Positions 1 to 12,379 of a stretch of DNA of 64,000 nt are shown piece by piece. Every line of letters begins with the position of its first letter. Position 1 is the stretch's first letter. The position numbers were made by a program, and so were the translations under genes. Location of the stretch: NCBI RefSeq assembly GCF_009834535.1, contig NC_045714.1:11408001-11472000 (forward strand), in the 5' to 3' direction. Under the pieces are notes generated by a model that saw only the letters and a list, made by a program, of their open reading frames with translations, searched no databases and was not told the DNA's origin. This stretch comes from Camelus ferus (Eukaryota).

Positions 1-544
1 TATTTACTGTTTACCCACTAATTAAAAATTATGCTGCTTTTGCACTCATAAGAGCAGAACATTTGAAATTAAATAGCATCGTTCAAATTACCTGCAGAAT
101 TAAATCTAGAGTGTCCAATTGCTCAGACCAGGCTACTGGGGTTTAAAATATGATCTGGTCCAGCCTGATGTGTGAGCATGAGTCAGAATGCCAGGAGAGG
201 ACCACACAGCCAACACCACGTGAAACCTGTCTGGGACCTTAAGGGGGAAGGACACTTGCTAAGCCTCTCTTGAGCCCGGGCCCTGGGCGGACATCGTGTT
301 GCGATCAGCGGGTCTGCGTGATGGTGGCGAGTCTGCCCAGTAATCCTGGGGAAGGCAGCCTGTCAGTGTGGGGATGGAGTGCTTCCATGTGCCGGCCACT
401 CCAGCAGGTGGGATCCACACAGCCGCCCACGGCAGAGGTTCTGTCCATGCCCCCGCTTTGCAGATGAGGAAATTGCAGTTCTGAGGGGCGGAGAGGCTCG
501 GCCTGTATCATTCTACCCTAGGCAGGTGCTTCTTACCCAATTAA

Positions 545-805
545 AAAAAAATCTCATCAAATACACCTCATGTAAAATTCACCATCTTAACCATTTTAAA
601 GCATACAATTAAAATTCAGTGGCATTTAAGATATTCATCAGGCTGTGCCACCGTCAGCACCGTCTAGTTCCAGAACATTTCCATCACCCCAAAAGGACAC
701 CCCGTACGCATTAGCAGTCATAGCATGCCTCTCTCCTCTCACACCCTAGCAACCGGTGATCTGCTTTCTGTCTCTATGGATTTGCCTATTCTGGGTATTT
801 CGTGC
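545..805 (-). mobile_element. Old L1 (L1MB-like) 3' end fragment
   Basis: Typical L1M 3' UTR motifs: ttcaccatcttaaccattttaaagcatacaa, ccagaacatttccatcacccc, ctttctgtctctatggatttgcctattctgg. Confidence 0.75.
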
Positions 806-1419
806 CCTTTTCTTATCTGCTCTTCACAACGCTTCCATTAGGTGGACGTGATTATTCTCATTTTCCAGATGAAAATTGGAGACTTGGAGAAGTTTTACAC
901 CCAGCTTCACAATCCGTGATTTCTTCCCAGATTATGAAAAGAGTAGGTCTGAATCAATGGGGTGGGAGGGGCTGGGGAGATGTGTAGAAAAGACATGGGG
1001 TTTGTAGCCAGAGCAGATGGAGAAATACCAGGTCTTCAGATAGTTTTCTCTGGGGGGCAAAAAGCAAAAGCAAAGCACTGGTTTTCCCCCTACCCTAACT
1101 GGCTTACTCCGAGGTTCCGGGAGGCGTGCCCGGTGCCTTTAGGTGCAGCATGTAGGTGAGCATTGCGTATTCCAGTGGTTCGGCGTTGATTTTAGAGGGT
1201 GTTAAAAAGCCGCGGAACTTCCCGGAGCAAGACTGCTTTCACAGCCCTCATGGCCAAGGGCAGGACGGAGTTTTAAAAGGAGCTTGGTCCGAACTTGATC
1301 TTAAAATATCATGTCGTACTTTAAATAATATTTAATAAGTAAACGTGGTGGGTGCCCAGTCCCCAGAGGGAGAGACTGAGGTTAACTCATCACTTCCCCC
1401 CCCCACCCCCCCACCCCCC

Positions 1420-1830
1420 GGCTGTGTGTCCTGGAGCCTCCGAAACACAGGCCAGCAAACTAGGGGGCTTAACAGCAGACTTTTATTCTCTCGCAGTTGG
1501 AGACCAGAAGTCTGAAATCAAGGTGTGGGCAGGGCTGCTCTCTCTCCCGAGGCTCTAGGGGAGGGTCCCTCCTGCCTCTTCCGGCCCCTGAGGCTCCCGG
1601 CGTTCAGGGCTTCCAGACACATCACTCCAATGTCTCCCACCTTCATGTGACCATCTTTCCTCTGTGTGTCTCCGTCTCCCATCACTGGGGTAGCGCCCAC
1701 CCTGGTCCAATATGACTTCATCTTGACTTGATTACATCTGCAAAGACCTTACTTTCAAATAAGGGCACATTCACAGGTACCAGGGGTTCGGATTTGAACA
1801 TATCCTTCTGAGAACACCATTCAACTCACA
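1420..1830 (-). mobile_element. MLT1 (ERVL-MaLR) solo LTR
   Basis: ttattctctcgcagttggagaccagaagtctgaaatcaaggtgtgggcagggc ... tacatctgcaaagacc ... cacattcacaggtaccagggg match MLT1 motifs. Confidence 0.8.
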
Positions 1831-2419
1831 AGCGATACCAAGGTCCCATCCAAAGCCCAGGGCTCCCGGCATCCTGACCTTGATGCACTCATCCCTCCAC
1901 CCCACACCAACATCGCATGGCTGTTCTATGTCTTTGTAAAGCTGCACACGCTGGCCAGAGTCCCTGGTCTCCTGGAGAGGCTGGCATTCATCACAAAGGA
2001 TTATAATTTTGAAGAATCGTAAGTGTCTCAAAGTAAATGTACACAATGGCCAAGAACTTCCTAACACACTTGGAGTAACATACCACGCTTTCCCTTATGA
2101 CCTACAGGGACTTCAAAATCGGCTGTCTTCCTGTCTCTCCAGGGCCGTCCGTCGGATCCTACCATGTTTCCCTACTGCGAGTTCCTAGGGATGAACAGGC
2201 AAACTCCTTCCTGCCTCGAGGCCATTGCAATGCTGTTCCTCGGCAAGAGTACCCTTCCCTCTGCTTTGCACAGGGTGCTCGCCCGTCACCGGGCTCTCAA
2301 CACAATCGTGGCAGGCTGACATCCGACACTCCCCTTCTGCTCTTTTCCCCTCCTAACCTGTGCAGCACTCATCACATCCCTCGGTTATTTACCTGCTGCC
2401 TGTTTTTTTTTTTTTATTT

Positions 2420-4200
2420 ACTTCTGTTTTTTGACATTTCAAGTTGAGGTCATTTCAGACCTAAAAAATGTTGCCAAAGCAGCAGGAAGAGCTGCCGTAT
2501 ACCCCGCTTCCCCAAAGGTTAACATCTGGCAGAGACACAGCAGGATGATCACAACCAGGAAATGAACAATGATCCAATGTGATGAAGCAATCTACAAATC
2601 CTGTGCAAATTTCACCAGATGTCCCAGTCAGTCTCCTTTCTGGTCTAGGATCTGACCCAGGATCACACATCACACTTAGTTGTCATGTCTCTTTCGTTCC
2701 CTTCCGTCAGAGATGCTTCTTTGGTCTCAGTCTTTCATGACCTTCACGCTTTACAAGAGTACTAGCCAATTATTTTGAAGTGTGTTCCTCGATTTGGGGT
2801 TTTCTGATGTTTCCTCGTGACTAAATTCAACTTCCGCAGATTCGGTAAGAATTGCAAAGAAATGAGGTCGTGCCTCCCTCTGCATCAGCTCCAGAGGCAT
2901 GCGGGTGTCAGCCTGTCTCCCACTGGTGATCACTTCCTGAAGGCGGCGTCTGCCAGGTTTCTCCATCGTTAAATTACTATTTTTCTCTTTCTAATCAGTA
3001 ATAATCTTATATACACTTAGAGATCCTGCGAATATCTTGTTTTTCATCCTACTTCCCTCCAATGATTTTAACATCAGTTGATGACCATTGATGATCCTTA
3101 CAACAGTTTTTTCTGTGGTGTTTTCCAGAAGGTCATTCTCGAGTTCTGCCACTCTTTCTGAATTTATTGATTGGAATTGTGCTACAAGGAAGCACTCTCC
3201 CTTCTGTTTATCTCTTTACTTAATTATTATTTGTATTAGTATGAACTCAGGGATCTTTATTTTATAGGTTACAATCCATTGCCATCACGATTTGGTGTGT
3301 TGCTCAAATTGTCCTTGGTTCGGCCACCGAGAGCTCCTTCTGACACCAGGTCGTGGTGAAGGAAAGTATAGCGTTTATTGCAGGTGCCAAGCAAGGAGTC
3401 CAGGCAGCTAGCGCTCAAAAGACCCAAACTCCCAGGTGGCTTTCAAGGAAAGGTTTTAAAACACAGGGCAAAGGAGGGGGTTTTAGTAGGCTGTGTGATC
3501 AGCTCATGGACCTTCTTCTGATTGGCTGCTGGTGGGGTGACTGGAAGTCAACATCATCACCAACCTTCTGGTTCCAGCTGGCCTGGGGTCTCCATGCTTG
3601 TGGGCAGCATGTAGTTGACTTCTTCCACCAGGTGGGAGTTTCAGCATCTGCAGGACTGCGCGAATGACATGGCTCAGAATGTCATCCGTAGCCCTTGAGA
3701 AGGCACTGAAGGTCTTTGGCTTTGTTTGGTGACTAAACTGTCACTGTTTTGTCTTGCTTGACTGTTTCCCTTTGTTCTTGCATTTTCTCACTTCTCTGAT
3801 TAAATTTATTCTTTGGAATTTGAGGAAGGCCTAGGAGGCTAAAGTTTTTCTCTAAACAAGAGGCAGCGGGAAGATGTAGGTGTGGGGGTGTCTGTCTTGG
3901 GAAGGCCCCACAGGGTCCTGCTCAGTTATAATTCAACTTAGCTCCTGTGTCCTTTCTACATACACTTCTCTCTTCTTTCTTCTCTTTTTTCTTTTCTTTC
4001 TTTCTTTCTTTTTTTTGGGAGCACTTCCTCATTTTCTGGCACTGGAAGATCTTCCAGGCTTATTTTGTATTTTCTTGCCCCCAACCCTGGAATCAGCCAT
4101 TTCTCTAAGGAGTTCTGGGTCCTTTTATTGGAAAATTGTGTTTAGAAACCAAGATCTGAGTGCTGGGTGCTCATTGCCACTGAGGTGTCACTCTAGGTTC
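2420..4200 (-). mobile_element. Old L1 (L1MC-like) 3' region interrupted by an LTR at 3341-3930
   Basis: L1MC-type motifs on both sides of the LTR (gagctccttc | aacttagctcctgtgtcc; cctggaatcagccatttctctaaggag; tttagaaaccaagatctg). Confidence 0.7.
3341..3930. mobile_element. ERV1-class solo LTR nested in the L1
   Basis: ~590 bp starting TG and ending TA (decayed CA), flanked by an imperfect 4-bp TSD cttc (3337-3340) / attc (3931-3934). Contains ERV1-LTR-like motifs (gatcagctcatggaccttcttctgattggc). Confidence 0.65.
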
Positions 4201-4204
4201 CTCA

Positions 4205-4400
4205 ACTTTTTTCTTTCTTCCTTCCTCCCTTCTCTTTTTCCCTCCCTCCCTCCCTCTTTTCTTTCTCTGTCTCTTTCCCTTCCTTTCTTACTTCTTTTCT
4301 CTCTTCTCTTTTTCCCTATTTCCTTCTTTCTTCCTTCCTTCCTCCCCTCCTTTCTCTCTCTCTTTTCTTCTTTCCTCCTTTCTTTTCTTTTCCTTTACCT
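4205..4400. repeat. Polypyrimidine (CT-rich) low-complexity tract
   Basis: Almost only C/T on the + strand for ~190 bp; this explains the F/L/S/P-rich ORF 3880..4407. Confidence 0.9.
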
Positions 4401-5034
4401 TCCATGAGGACAGACCCTTATCTCTCTTGCTCACTGCTGATTCCTCAGCCTCTAGCACAGTGCCCAATGAATGCTAAATAAATATTTGTTGTATCAAGAC
4501 ATGGACAGCACTAGAACAATCCCTTCACATAGTAAGCACTCAATAAATGCTGGTTATGATTGCTACTTCTAGTTGAATGGATGAATGAATGGCTTGTGCT
4601 CCATAAGAATGATGCACATGCATTCATTGTTGTCATATCTCCCAACCCTTGGGGTTTCCCCTCCTAAAGATTGTCTGGTAATTTCCATCATGTGTGTGGC
4701 TATTAGGGTCAGGCTGAAAATGGAAGTGGGGGAAAAGAAGGTTTGCAGCTGTTGGGAAAACTAAGAATCTGGCTAAATGCAAAAGGGTGGTCAGTAAGGG
4801 AGTTCCCAGCAGCCTGGAGACCCTCGCTGATCCAAGCAGGTAGAGAGAAATGAGAAGTAGGCAAAAGGAGGTTTACGTGTGTCCCGCCAAGAGTTCTGAG
4901 GACCGGCTGGACCTAGCGTAACAATGTGATGCCAAATGCTTGGCTTTAAAGCCTTTGTTGACCCTTGGGAACTGCCCCAGCCAAGCCAGGACCCTGATGT
5001 GGTTCTGCGTCCCCAGAGAAGGCTCCATGTTACT

Positions 5035-5358
5035 CCACGGCACCGTTCAATAGACACAGAATGTGAGTCACATGTGTAAGCCATCTACATAGTGTTACAT
5101 TTTCTGGTTGCCACATTAGAAAAGCTAAAAAGTAGCAGGTGAAATGAGTTCTGAAGACAGTTTAGTCAGCAACCAATATTATATTCCAACATGTAGCAAA
5201 TATGAAAACTATTAGTGAGTTTTTTTATATATTTTTTTAAAATACACCTTTGAAATCAAGTATGTATTTACACTCACAGCACAACTCAGTGTAGATGGAT
5301 CACGTACCAGGGCTCAGGGGCTGCATGTGGCTGGTGGTGGCTGTTTTGGACAGCATGG
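5035..5358 (+). mobile_element. MER33 (hAT-Charlie) non-autonomous DNA transposon
   Basis: ttcaatagacacagaatgtgagtcacat ... gccacattagaaaag ... tacactcacagcacaactca ... catgtggctggtggtggctgttttggacagc. Confidence 0.8.
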
Positions 5359-7546
5359 CTCCAGCTCAAGAATGGGATGTGTGTGTCAAATTTTTCTATA
5401 TCAGAGGTTTTCAAGCCGGTTTCAGAAGACCACAGGTGTTATTTTCGGGAGAGAAGGGGAGACACTGAGCTCCCACCCCCCACCTTTAGCCCACATGGCC
5501 CCCACTGTTTGCTCTGATTTATATCCTAGGATGCTAATTAAGATTTGCTTTGAAAAAAAGTGTTCTCTTGCTTAAAAAAAAAAAAAAAAAAAGAAAAAAG
5601 AGGTCCGAAACCCTCTGGTTTATTTCAAAACCCTCAGCGTGAGGTAATTCACCTACAACGTTTGTACTTGGAAGCTTACGCACGTGTTAAATAAAAATAC
5701 CCCCGCCCCAAAATAACCTGTCTTGATTAGAGGAGGCCGCCGTTCACAAGTGCAGATGTGCTGGCGCGCAATGGTACGCAGACGATGTTTCAACAACCAG
5801 CTTCAGAAACTGGCTGTTGAAATGGCAGCTGTCATTGTGTCGCTACAGCAAAAGATGTGCTTTCCAGTGAAGTCACTGCACAAAAGGCACGCAGAGTTTC
5901 CATTTAAACTCCCCTGAGAAGGTTACAGATTGGCATGCTATGACAGTACCAGCAAACCACAGAAATATGAAGACAAACTTTGAATTCTAAGGAGCCTAAA
6001 GTTCCCTTTGGTGTGGCTGGCTGGCCTTCCGATTCTGCGTATGTCCCTCATTTGGCCGTAACTGAATCTCAGTATTCATCTAATCTGAGGGTCTTTGCAT
6101 TCAAGGCTGGGGGTGGGGTGGGGATGGGGGTTACCTGTTCGCATACAAGGCCTGGGCCGCTGGACAGGATGGACTTTGCGATCTTGAGAGACTCAGAAAT
6201 TGTGTATCTAAAAAAAGTACAGCCCTGCAGCACTCCAGGGCTTCGGAACTTGCCCTCCTTTGCGTGGTGCAGTCAGAAAGTTCAAAGTCGCCCTGAGGAC
6301 TTCTTGAGGGACTGGGTATCTGGGAAAAGGAGATTCTGAGCTGGAGAGATTCAGGAGGACATCCGATTCGGATGTCACTGTGTTGAAAGGTCAGTGAAGG
6401 GACGCTGTTTGGCTTGTCACTGTTCCCCTAGTTCTCCATGAAAAGTCCCTGGGTGGGCTGGGCCGAGGAGTTGGTGGAGGTGGACCTTGTTGGTGGCCCG
6501 CGGAGAAGGCGATGGTTTTATGTCTATATTTGCAAGACTGAAAATCATTTTGTCAAGGGGAGTGGCTGACCACACAGATGTCTCCCCACGGCTGGTGCTG
6601 AGCACTTCCTGCTCAGGGAAGAGGAAACGTAGAGCTCCTGGGACGGGAGAGGAATGGGGGCTTTGGGAGACAAAGTCTGGCCCACCAGGCCAGGCTCACT
6701 GGCCGGTTTTTTTTGGTTTGTTTGTTTAGGAATGTTCCAGTACAAAAACTGTTCACATCCAAACTCCCTGAGCCCCAGGATAATGCTAATTGCTCCTCAC
6801 TCTGGCTGGGGCTCCCACCCAGATGAAAACTAGAACATTCCAGCCAAAGCCCAGCTGTTTCCAAATAGCCACGGCATCAGGGTGATGGATGGGAGTTCCT
6901 CCCTTTTCACCCAGATGTTCTGGTGTCTTGGAGACTTGCCTCCCGAGCCCGACTTCAGCGCCTGTGTTCCCGGGTCTGCACGTTGGCCCCTCGGATATTC
7001 ATAATTCTTCCCGGGTTTGGTCAAGGCTTTCCACGGACGCCAGCCACCGGCCCTGCGCTCCGGGGGGCGGAGGGAGGGGAGTGCGGGCCTGGAGCGCGAG
7101 GCCTCCCCGCGCCTCTGAACGAGCCCGGGGCGCCCCGAACACTGCGGCGCCTGCCCTAAGGGGTGTAGCTAAAAGTCAGTGTTTGCTAAACAGAACATGT
7201 GTCTAGAAGTCTCCAGTGGACTGAATCCTTGTTCGCTCTCTTGGCAGAAGACTGAAGCTTCCATTGTTCCATAGAACAGAAATTTGGCAAGATACTCGCA
7301 AGGGGTTGTCACGTTCAACAAGAAAGAAGATGTCTGTGTGATCGCGGCGAAGACTTCCGGAAAAGGGCGGCGCCTTGGGGAGCTTAACTCTTCGTGGGGC
7401 CTTGGGAGCTGGTTCTCTACCCAGTCTTCCCCGGAGGGGCCAAGAATCCCCTTGTCTCACAGAAGTATTTAGGTTTCCAGGAGAGAAGGATGGAGACCGT
7501 TGGTCTCCGTTGAGTGCCTTTGGGTCTGAGAACTGCCCGGAGCGGC

Positions 7547-7565
7547 GGGGGGGGGGGGGGGGGGG
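7547..7565. repeat. Poly-G tract (G19)
   Basis: Counted directly. Confidence 0.95.
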
Positions 7566-9514
7566 CACGGGGAGCTGCCCCAGCGCTGGGGGAAGCACAC
7601 CACTTAGGGGCTGTTCTTGGGAGTCTCCACAAGGGGGCCCTCTTGAGCTGTGGTTGGGGCGGTTGGGCGGCCCCGGGTGAAACCCGGCACCACCTCCTCC
7701 AGCCTCCGCCTCCAGCCTGGGGCCATCGGGCTCCCTCGGTCCATCCTGACTTGGGCGAAGAGGGAGCCCATGAAGACCTGCTCTGGGGGCCAGGCTTTCT
7801 TCCACGTGGGAGATCTGGGTTTCCACACGCACAGAGAATGAACTGGGAGACCAAAGAGCAAGGGTCATGGGGTCGCCGACCCTTGCCTCCTTTGGAAGAA
7901 GTTTGCAACACAGGAGGAACGCTCCAATTGGAACCACAAGAAAGGGGATCTGGGAAGCTTCATGAACAATTGAACAAAACATCTTGGCTCCTCGGTCTCT
8001 ACCCCAAAGAGGCATATCGGGGGGCCTTTGGGTCCTCCAGGACAGGAAGCATGGAGATTTTAAATGCAAGAAAATTACTGTAATTTAACAAGTCAATTTT
8101 TCTTACATTGTGTTGAGATTAAGTTCGTGGTCTCTTCCATACATTCAAAATAAGGAATTTCCCTAGAGTGCAATTTTGTGGGAAAGCCTACATCATGTTT
8201 CAAAAAACCCATTTTGTTAGAAGTTACCGGATTTTATTTGAAAAGAAATGGTAATATTTAATCACAGCATTATTTTACTGTCTAGAAAACGAATGGGCTT
8301 TTGGAGTTTTGGGAGAAAGGCCAGCTGGAAGTCCGAACCCTATTTTTAAATTACCATACAAATAGAATCCCAAAGACGCAAATATTGGCTTAAGTGTTGC
8401 AGACAAGGTACAGGAAAATGCGCTGGCTTCCTAAATGTTAAATAAACAGGCTTGCAATTCTTGCCTTCCTTCAAGACCCTGGATCGGGGTGTTCCTATCC
8501 CTCCCGGGGAGCGCGCACAGCTCTCCTAGGGGACCGAGGGGACGGGAGCAGCGCTAATTGGATGACCACAGTGGATTACTCATCCAGCATCTCGTTACCA
8601 TCCCATGAGTAAGCCCTACATTTCTGTGAAGCTCTTGAGTCTGTAAAGCCCATGTGTGCTTATCTGCTGGGTCCTCCTCACAAGCCAAGGGGCAGGAGTG
8701 ATTGCCCCACCTCACGGGCAAGGAAACAGAGGCTCCGAAGGGGAGAGTCTTAGAGTGGCTAGTCTCTGTTGCCCAAGCGGGTCAAAAAAGACCCAAACTC
8801 TAAACCAGTTCTGTTACCTGTAAACTGTCCTTCCAAATGCACACACAGCCCCTGGTGTCTGCTTGACGTTTATTGAGCACCTGCTGTGTGCCTGGTGGCT
8901 AAGATGCTCCTACGGGGGCTCAGGGGCTGATACTCTGAACAGAACCTTGGAGATGTTCTTCCCGATGCTGGTGGGGTTTGCGGGAGGGAGGTTCAAGGAG
9001 GGGGCTGCCAGGAGGAGCCTCGCCGCTACGTGCTCCTTCAGCATCTTACAGGAGAGGAGCTGCTCGACAGGCGGACGACAGCCGTAATGGGCACTCAGGC
9101 AGAGGCTGCGAAGGCGGCAGGGAGGTGTGAAAGCGCGGACAGCTGACGGAGTAATTAGTCCCTGTGACGGGCGGGGGCGGGGTGAGGACTTGTCGAGGGG
9201 AGAGATGGAGAGGCGACAGCAGCAGGGGCTGCACGGGACGCCCCGTTAGCCACTTGCGGTGTATGGAGTGTTCCTCAAGCAGGGAGAGGCAGGCCGGGCG
9301 GGGTGGGGTGTGAGCAGGTGGGCATTTTGAAAGGCAGTGCTTTGGGAGGGGTGCTGCGCCTGCCAGGGGGGCACTGGCCATGAGTCCAGGGGCACATGGT
9401 GGACAGTTTACATTCGATAGTTACATGTCTGTTTCAACTCAGGTGGATAACTGACATAGCCAGCCTGGGATTTTGTTAGCATGAGGCTAAAGCATACAGG
9501 TATAGGCTATTTTT

Positions 9515-9667
9515 AAAAGTTTTTTTTAATTTTAAAGTTATTATTATTTTTATTCTGGGGGGTTATTAAGTTTATTTATTTATTTTCATGGAGGGACTGG
9601 GGATTGAACCCAGGACCTCGTGCATGCTAGGCATGTGCTTTACCACTGAGCTATACCCTCTCCCTGG
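9515..9667 (-). mobile_element. tRNA-Ala-derived SINE (camelid vic-1 type)
   Basis: Reverse complement: gagggtatagctcagtggtaaagcacatgcctagcatgcacgaggtcctgggttcaatccccag, with A and B boxes, an (aaat)n segment and an A-rich tail. Near-TSD ataggctattttt (9502-9514) / ataggttattttt (9668-9680). Confidence 0.9.
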
Positions 9668-11859
9668 ATAGGTTATTTTTTGAAAATAAGTGAAAGTGAA
9701 TTAGTTGACTTGGATAGAAACGGTGACCCAATTCTAGGATAGTAGCCATCAGCTGTGGCCAAATTGCCGTTGGTGGCACACAGTGACAGGCAGCTGGGGA
9801 CAAAGGCTCTAAGGCCCTATTGGTTTATATTAAGGATTATCAGGTGTATGTGTGTTAAGGCTTATCAAGTGTGTGAGGGGGAAGGAGGGGCTCATGGTGA
9901 CCCCTGGGAGGCCACCTCCAACCCCGGGTGCGGAGGCAAGGCTGGAGAAGTGGGATGTCGAGGGGTAGGGGCAGGAGGTGGGAAAGCACCCTGGGGCTGC
10001 TGAGACGTGGGGTGAAGTCAGGCAGGAAGGGTGGTGTGGCTGTGGGGCTCTCAGCCGAGGGGCTGCAGGGCTGGGGTGCCACTCCTGAGATGAAGAGGTG
10101 GGAAGAGTTCTGTTTGGGGGGGGGTGTGATTGGAGGAGCTGATGGGGCATCCCGGTGCTGAGGAGCTGGCCAGGGCTAAACATCGATCCAGAAAGCACAC
10201 ATGGGGTGAGGATGGAGGGTGAAGTCACCCAGAGGCAGAATTTCAAGGAAAGCAGCCCCTCGGGAAGGGACCTGCAGAGGCTGAGGCAGGACGGACACTC
10301 AGGGAGATGCAGACATGCTGGGGGCAGGTTGTGTGTAGGTAGGATTGCAGAGACAACACAAGATCCCACCTAAATCTGATATCCAGACACACGACATAAA
10401 TTGTTTTAGTATCAGTGAGTCTCCACTATGGCACAGACGAGTGTAGGAGTCTGGAGGAGAGACAAAACCAGAGGGCTAGAGCGATTAAGTGTTTTATGGC
10501 TTAATTATTATTTTCATATATGTTCTTGTACTCCATACACAGGGCAAAAAATGAATCAGAAGATACAGAGAGGCATGAAGGTGATGTAAAGCTCACCCTC
10601 ATCGCCTCACTCAGAGTCCGTTGCCCTTGACCTGCTGGTGCACATTACCGTCTGCATTCCAGAGTCCCGGCTGCCAGGAGCCTGAGCACAGGGGCCCCGG
10701 TCCCCTTTGAACTTCCATCCCCACCACAGCATCTGGCCCACGGCAGGCACACGGTACATTTTAGTTGCAGGAGTGAATAGATCTTTCCAGACTTTTTTTC
10801 TTTTCACACACGCCCATGTGCATTTATTCAACTACTATTATGATTATTAGTTTTACAAAAATGGGGTCATCCTATGTAGATTATTTGGAATCTATGTTTT
10901 TTAACTTAATAACGGATTTTGGAAATCTTTGAGGAAGGTTGGCTTTTTAGAGCCAGAGGGACTAAGACACAGTCTTTGAAGGAAGAACCAGAGGAAATGA
11001 TGAAGTGGTACAAACAGGAGATGTGATAAGCAGGGGAAGCAGATGCCCTAATCAAGGCGAGTCCAATAAAAACAGGCTAAACTCTTCAAACAAAAGCAAT
11101 ATGTGGCTTGCAGTGGAATTTTCAAAATGTATTAAAAAAAAATGTGGTAAAATGGAAAGTGAAAGTGTCTTTCTACCCTCCAGCCCTGGTTGCCCCCTCC
11201 GAAGTGAATCATTGTCGCAGCCCTGTGTGTGCCCTCCCAGGGAACGTTTCATGCTGGTCTCTGCATATAAATGTATATGTTTTTATTTGGCTATTAATTT
11301 TTTTTATGAATGCAATCTTTCTATAACATCATTCTGCATTTTGCTTTTTACACTTCGATTATCAGGGCTATCTTTCCACCTTCGATTTATCTCTTTGTGG
11401 AAAAGACAAAACAGCATTCCATGATACAGATGAGTCTTGGTTTAATTAACCAATCTTCTGTAGATGGTCATGTAGATTGTGGTCAGTCTTTTTCTTTTCT
11501 TTTGCTATTAATGCCTACAGCAATACGTTGGACATCCTTTTAATGTATCTTGGTATAAATTTTTTGTGTGTCCTTTAGAGAAATTCCTAACAAAGAAATT
11601 GTATGTGCATTTAACATGTTGGTCGATTTGACCAAATTGCTCTCCAAAAATGCTGTTTCAACTTATCTTCTACCGATGGGGGATGGGAGTATCTATGTAC
11701 TTACACATTTGGCCACATCGATATGATCAAACTTTTCACTTTTTGCAAATCTAATGTATGAACAATAGAAGAGCAATTACAAGTTAATGAAAGTCTGTGG
11801 CTAAACACACATTTTTGTGTGTGATTGTAAAATACCTAAATTAAAGGGGCACAAATTCA

Positions 11860-12110
11860 TAAGCAGATGCTCCACTGACTTGGATTGATACCCTCCTGCT
11901 TATTTTCACTGTCATCACTCTGGGTCAAACCATCATCATTTCCCACCTGAAAAACTGACTGTGGCCTCTCACCATTTCTCCAGAATCCACTCTGCCCCCT
12001 GTAATCCATTCTCCATGGAGCAGCAAGTGTGGTCTTTAAAGAATGTAACTTGGCCCCCTGATTCTGCACCGTGACTCTGAATATTCTGAGGGACATCCTC
12101 CCCATGCACA
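11860..12110 (+). mobile_element. L2 fragment
   Basis: caaaccatcatcatttcccacctg ... tccattctccatggagcagcaagtgtggtctttaaagaatgtaac resembles the L2 3' region. Confidence 0.65.
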
Positions 12111-12379
12111 GCTGGATCTGATGTAAAGCATGATTGGTCAGAAATCAGGGAAGCCCCTGAGCCACTGCTCCCAAAGTGAGCTGCAGTGGGGCCTGTGTGG
12201 ACCCTCCTGAGGGCAGAAGTCAGTGTCAGCATCCTCTGTGGTCAGAGACTGGGGTAACCAGGGATTGGGGGGGGGTCCCAAGATATTGGTTTCCCTTGAC
12301 TCCTGGGCAAATATGAATGCTCTCTTGAGGAAAACATGATCATTTTTAGTTCCAAAATTGTCCATGAATTCCCAGTTAA

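Noticed and set aside
305-511. Minus-strand ORF near the window start considered as APCDD1L exon 2
   Set aside because: The peptide does not match the expected WEPHCQQPLP...GPWISTG sequence, and part overlaps a MIR.
3880-4407. 175-aa hydrophobic ORF resembling a membrane protein
   Set aside because: Translation of L1 remnant and CT-rich low-complexity tracts.
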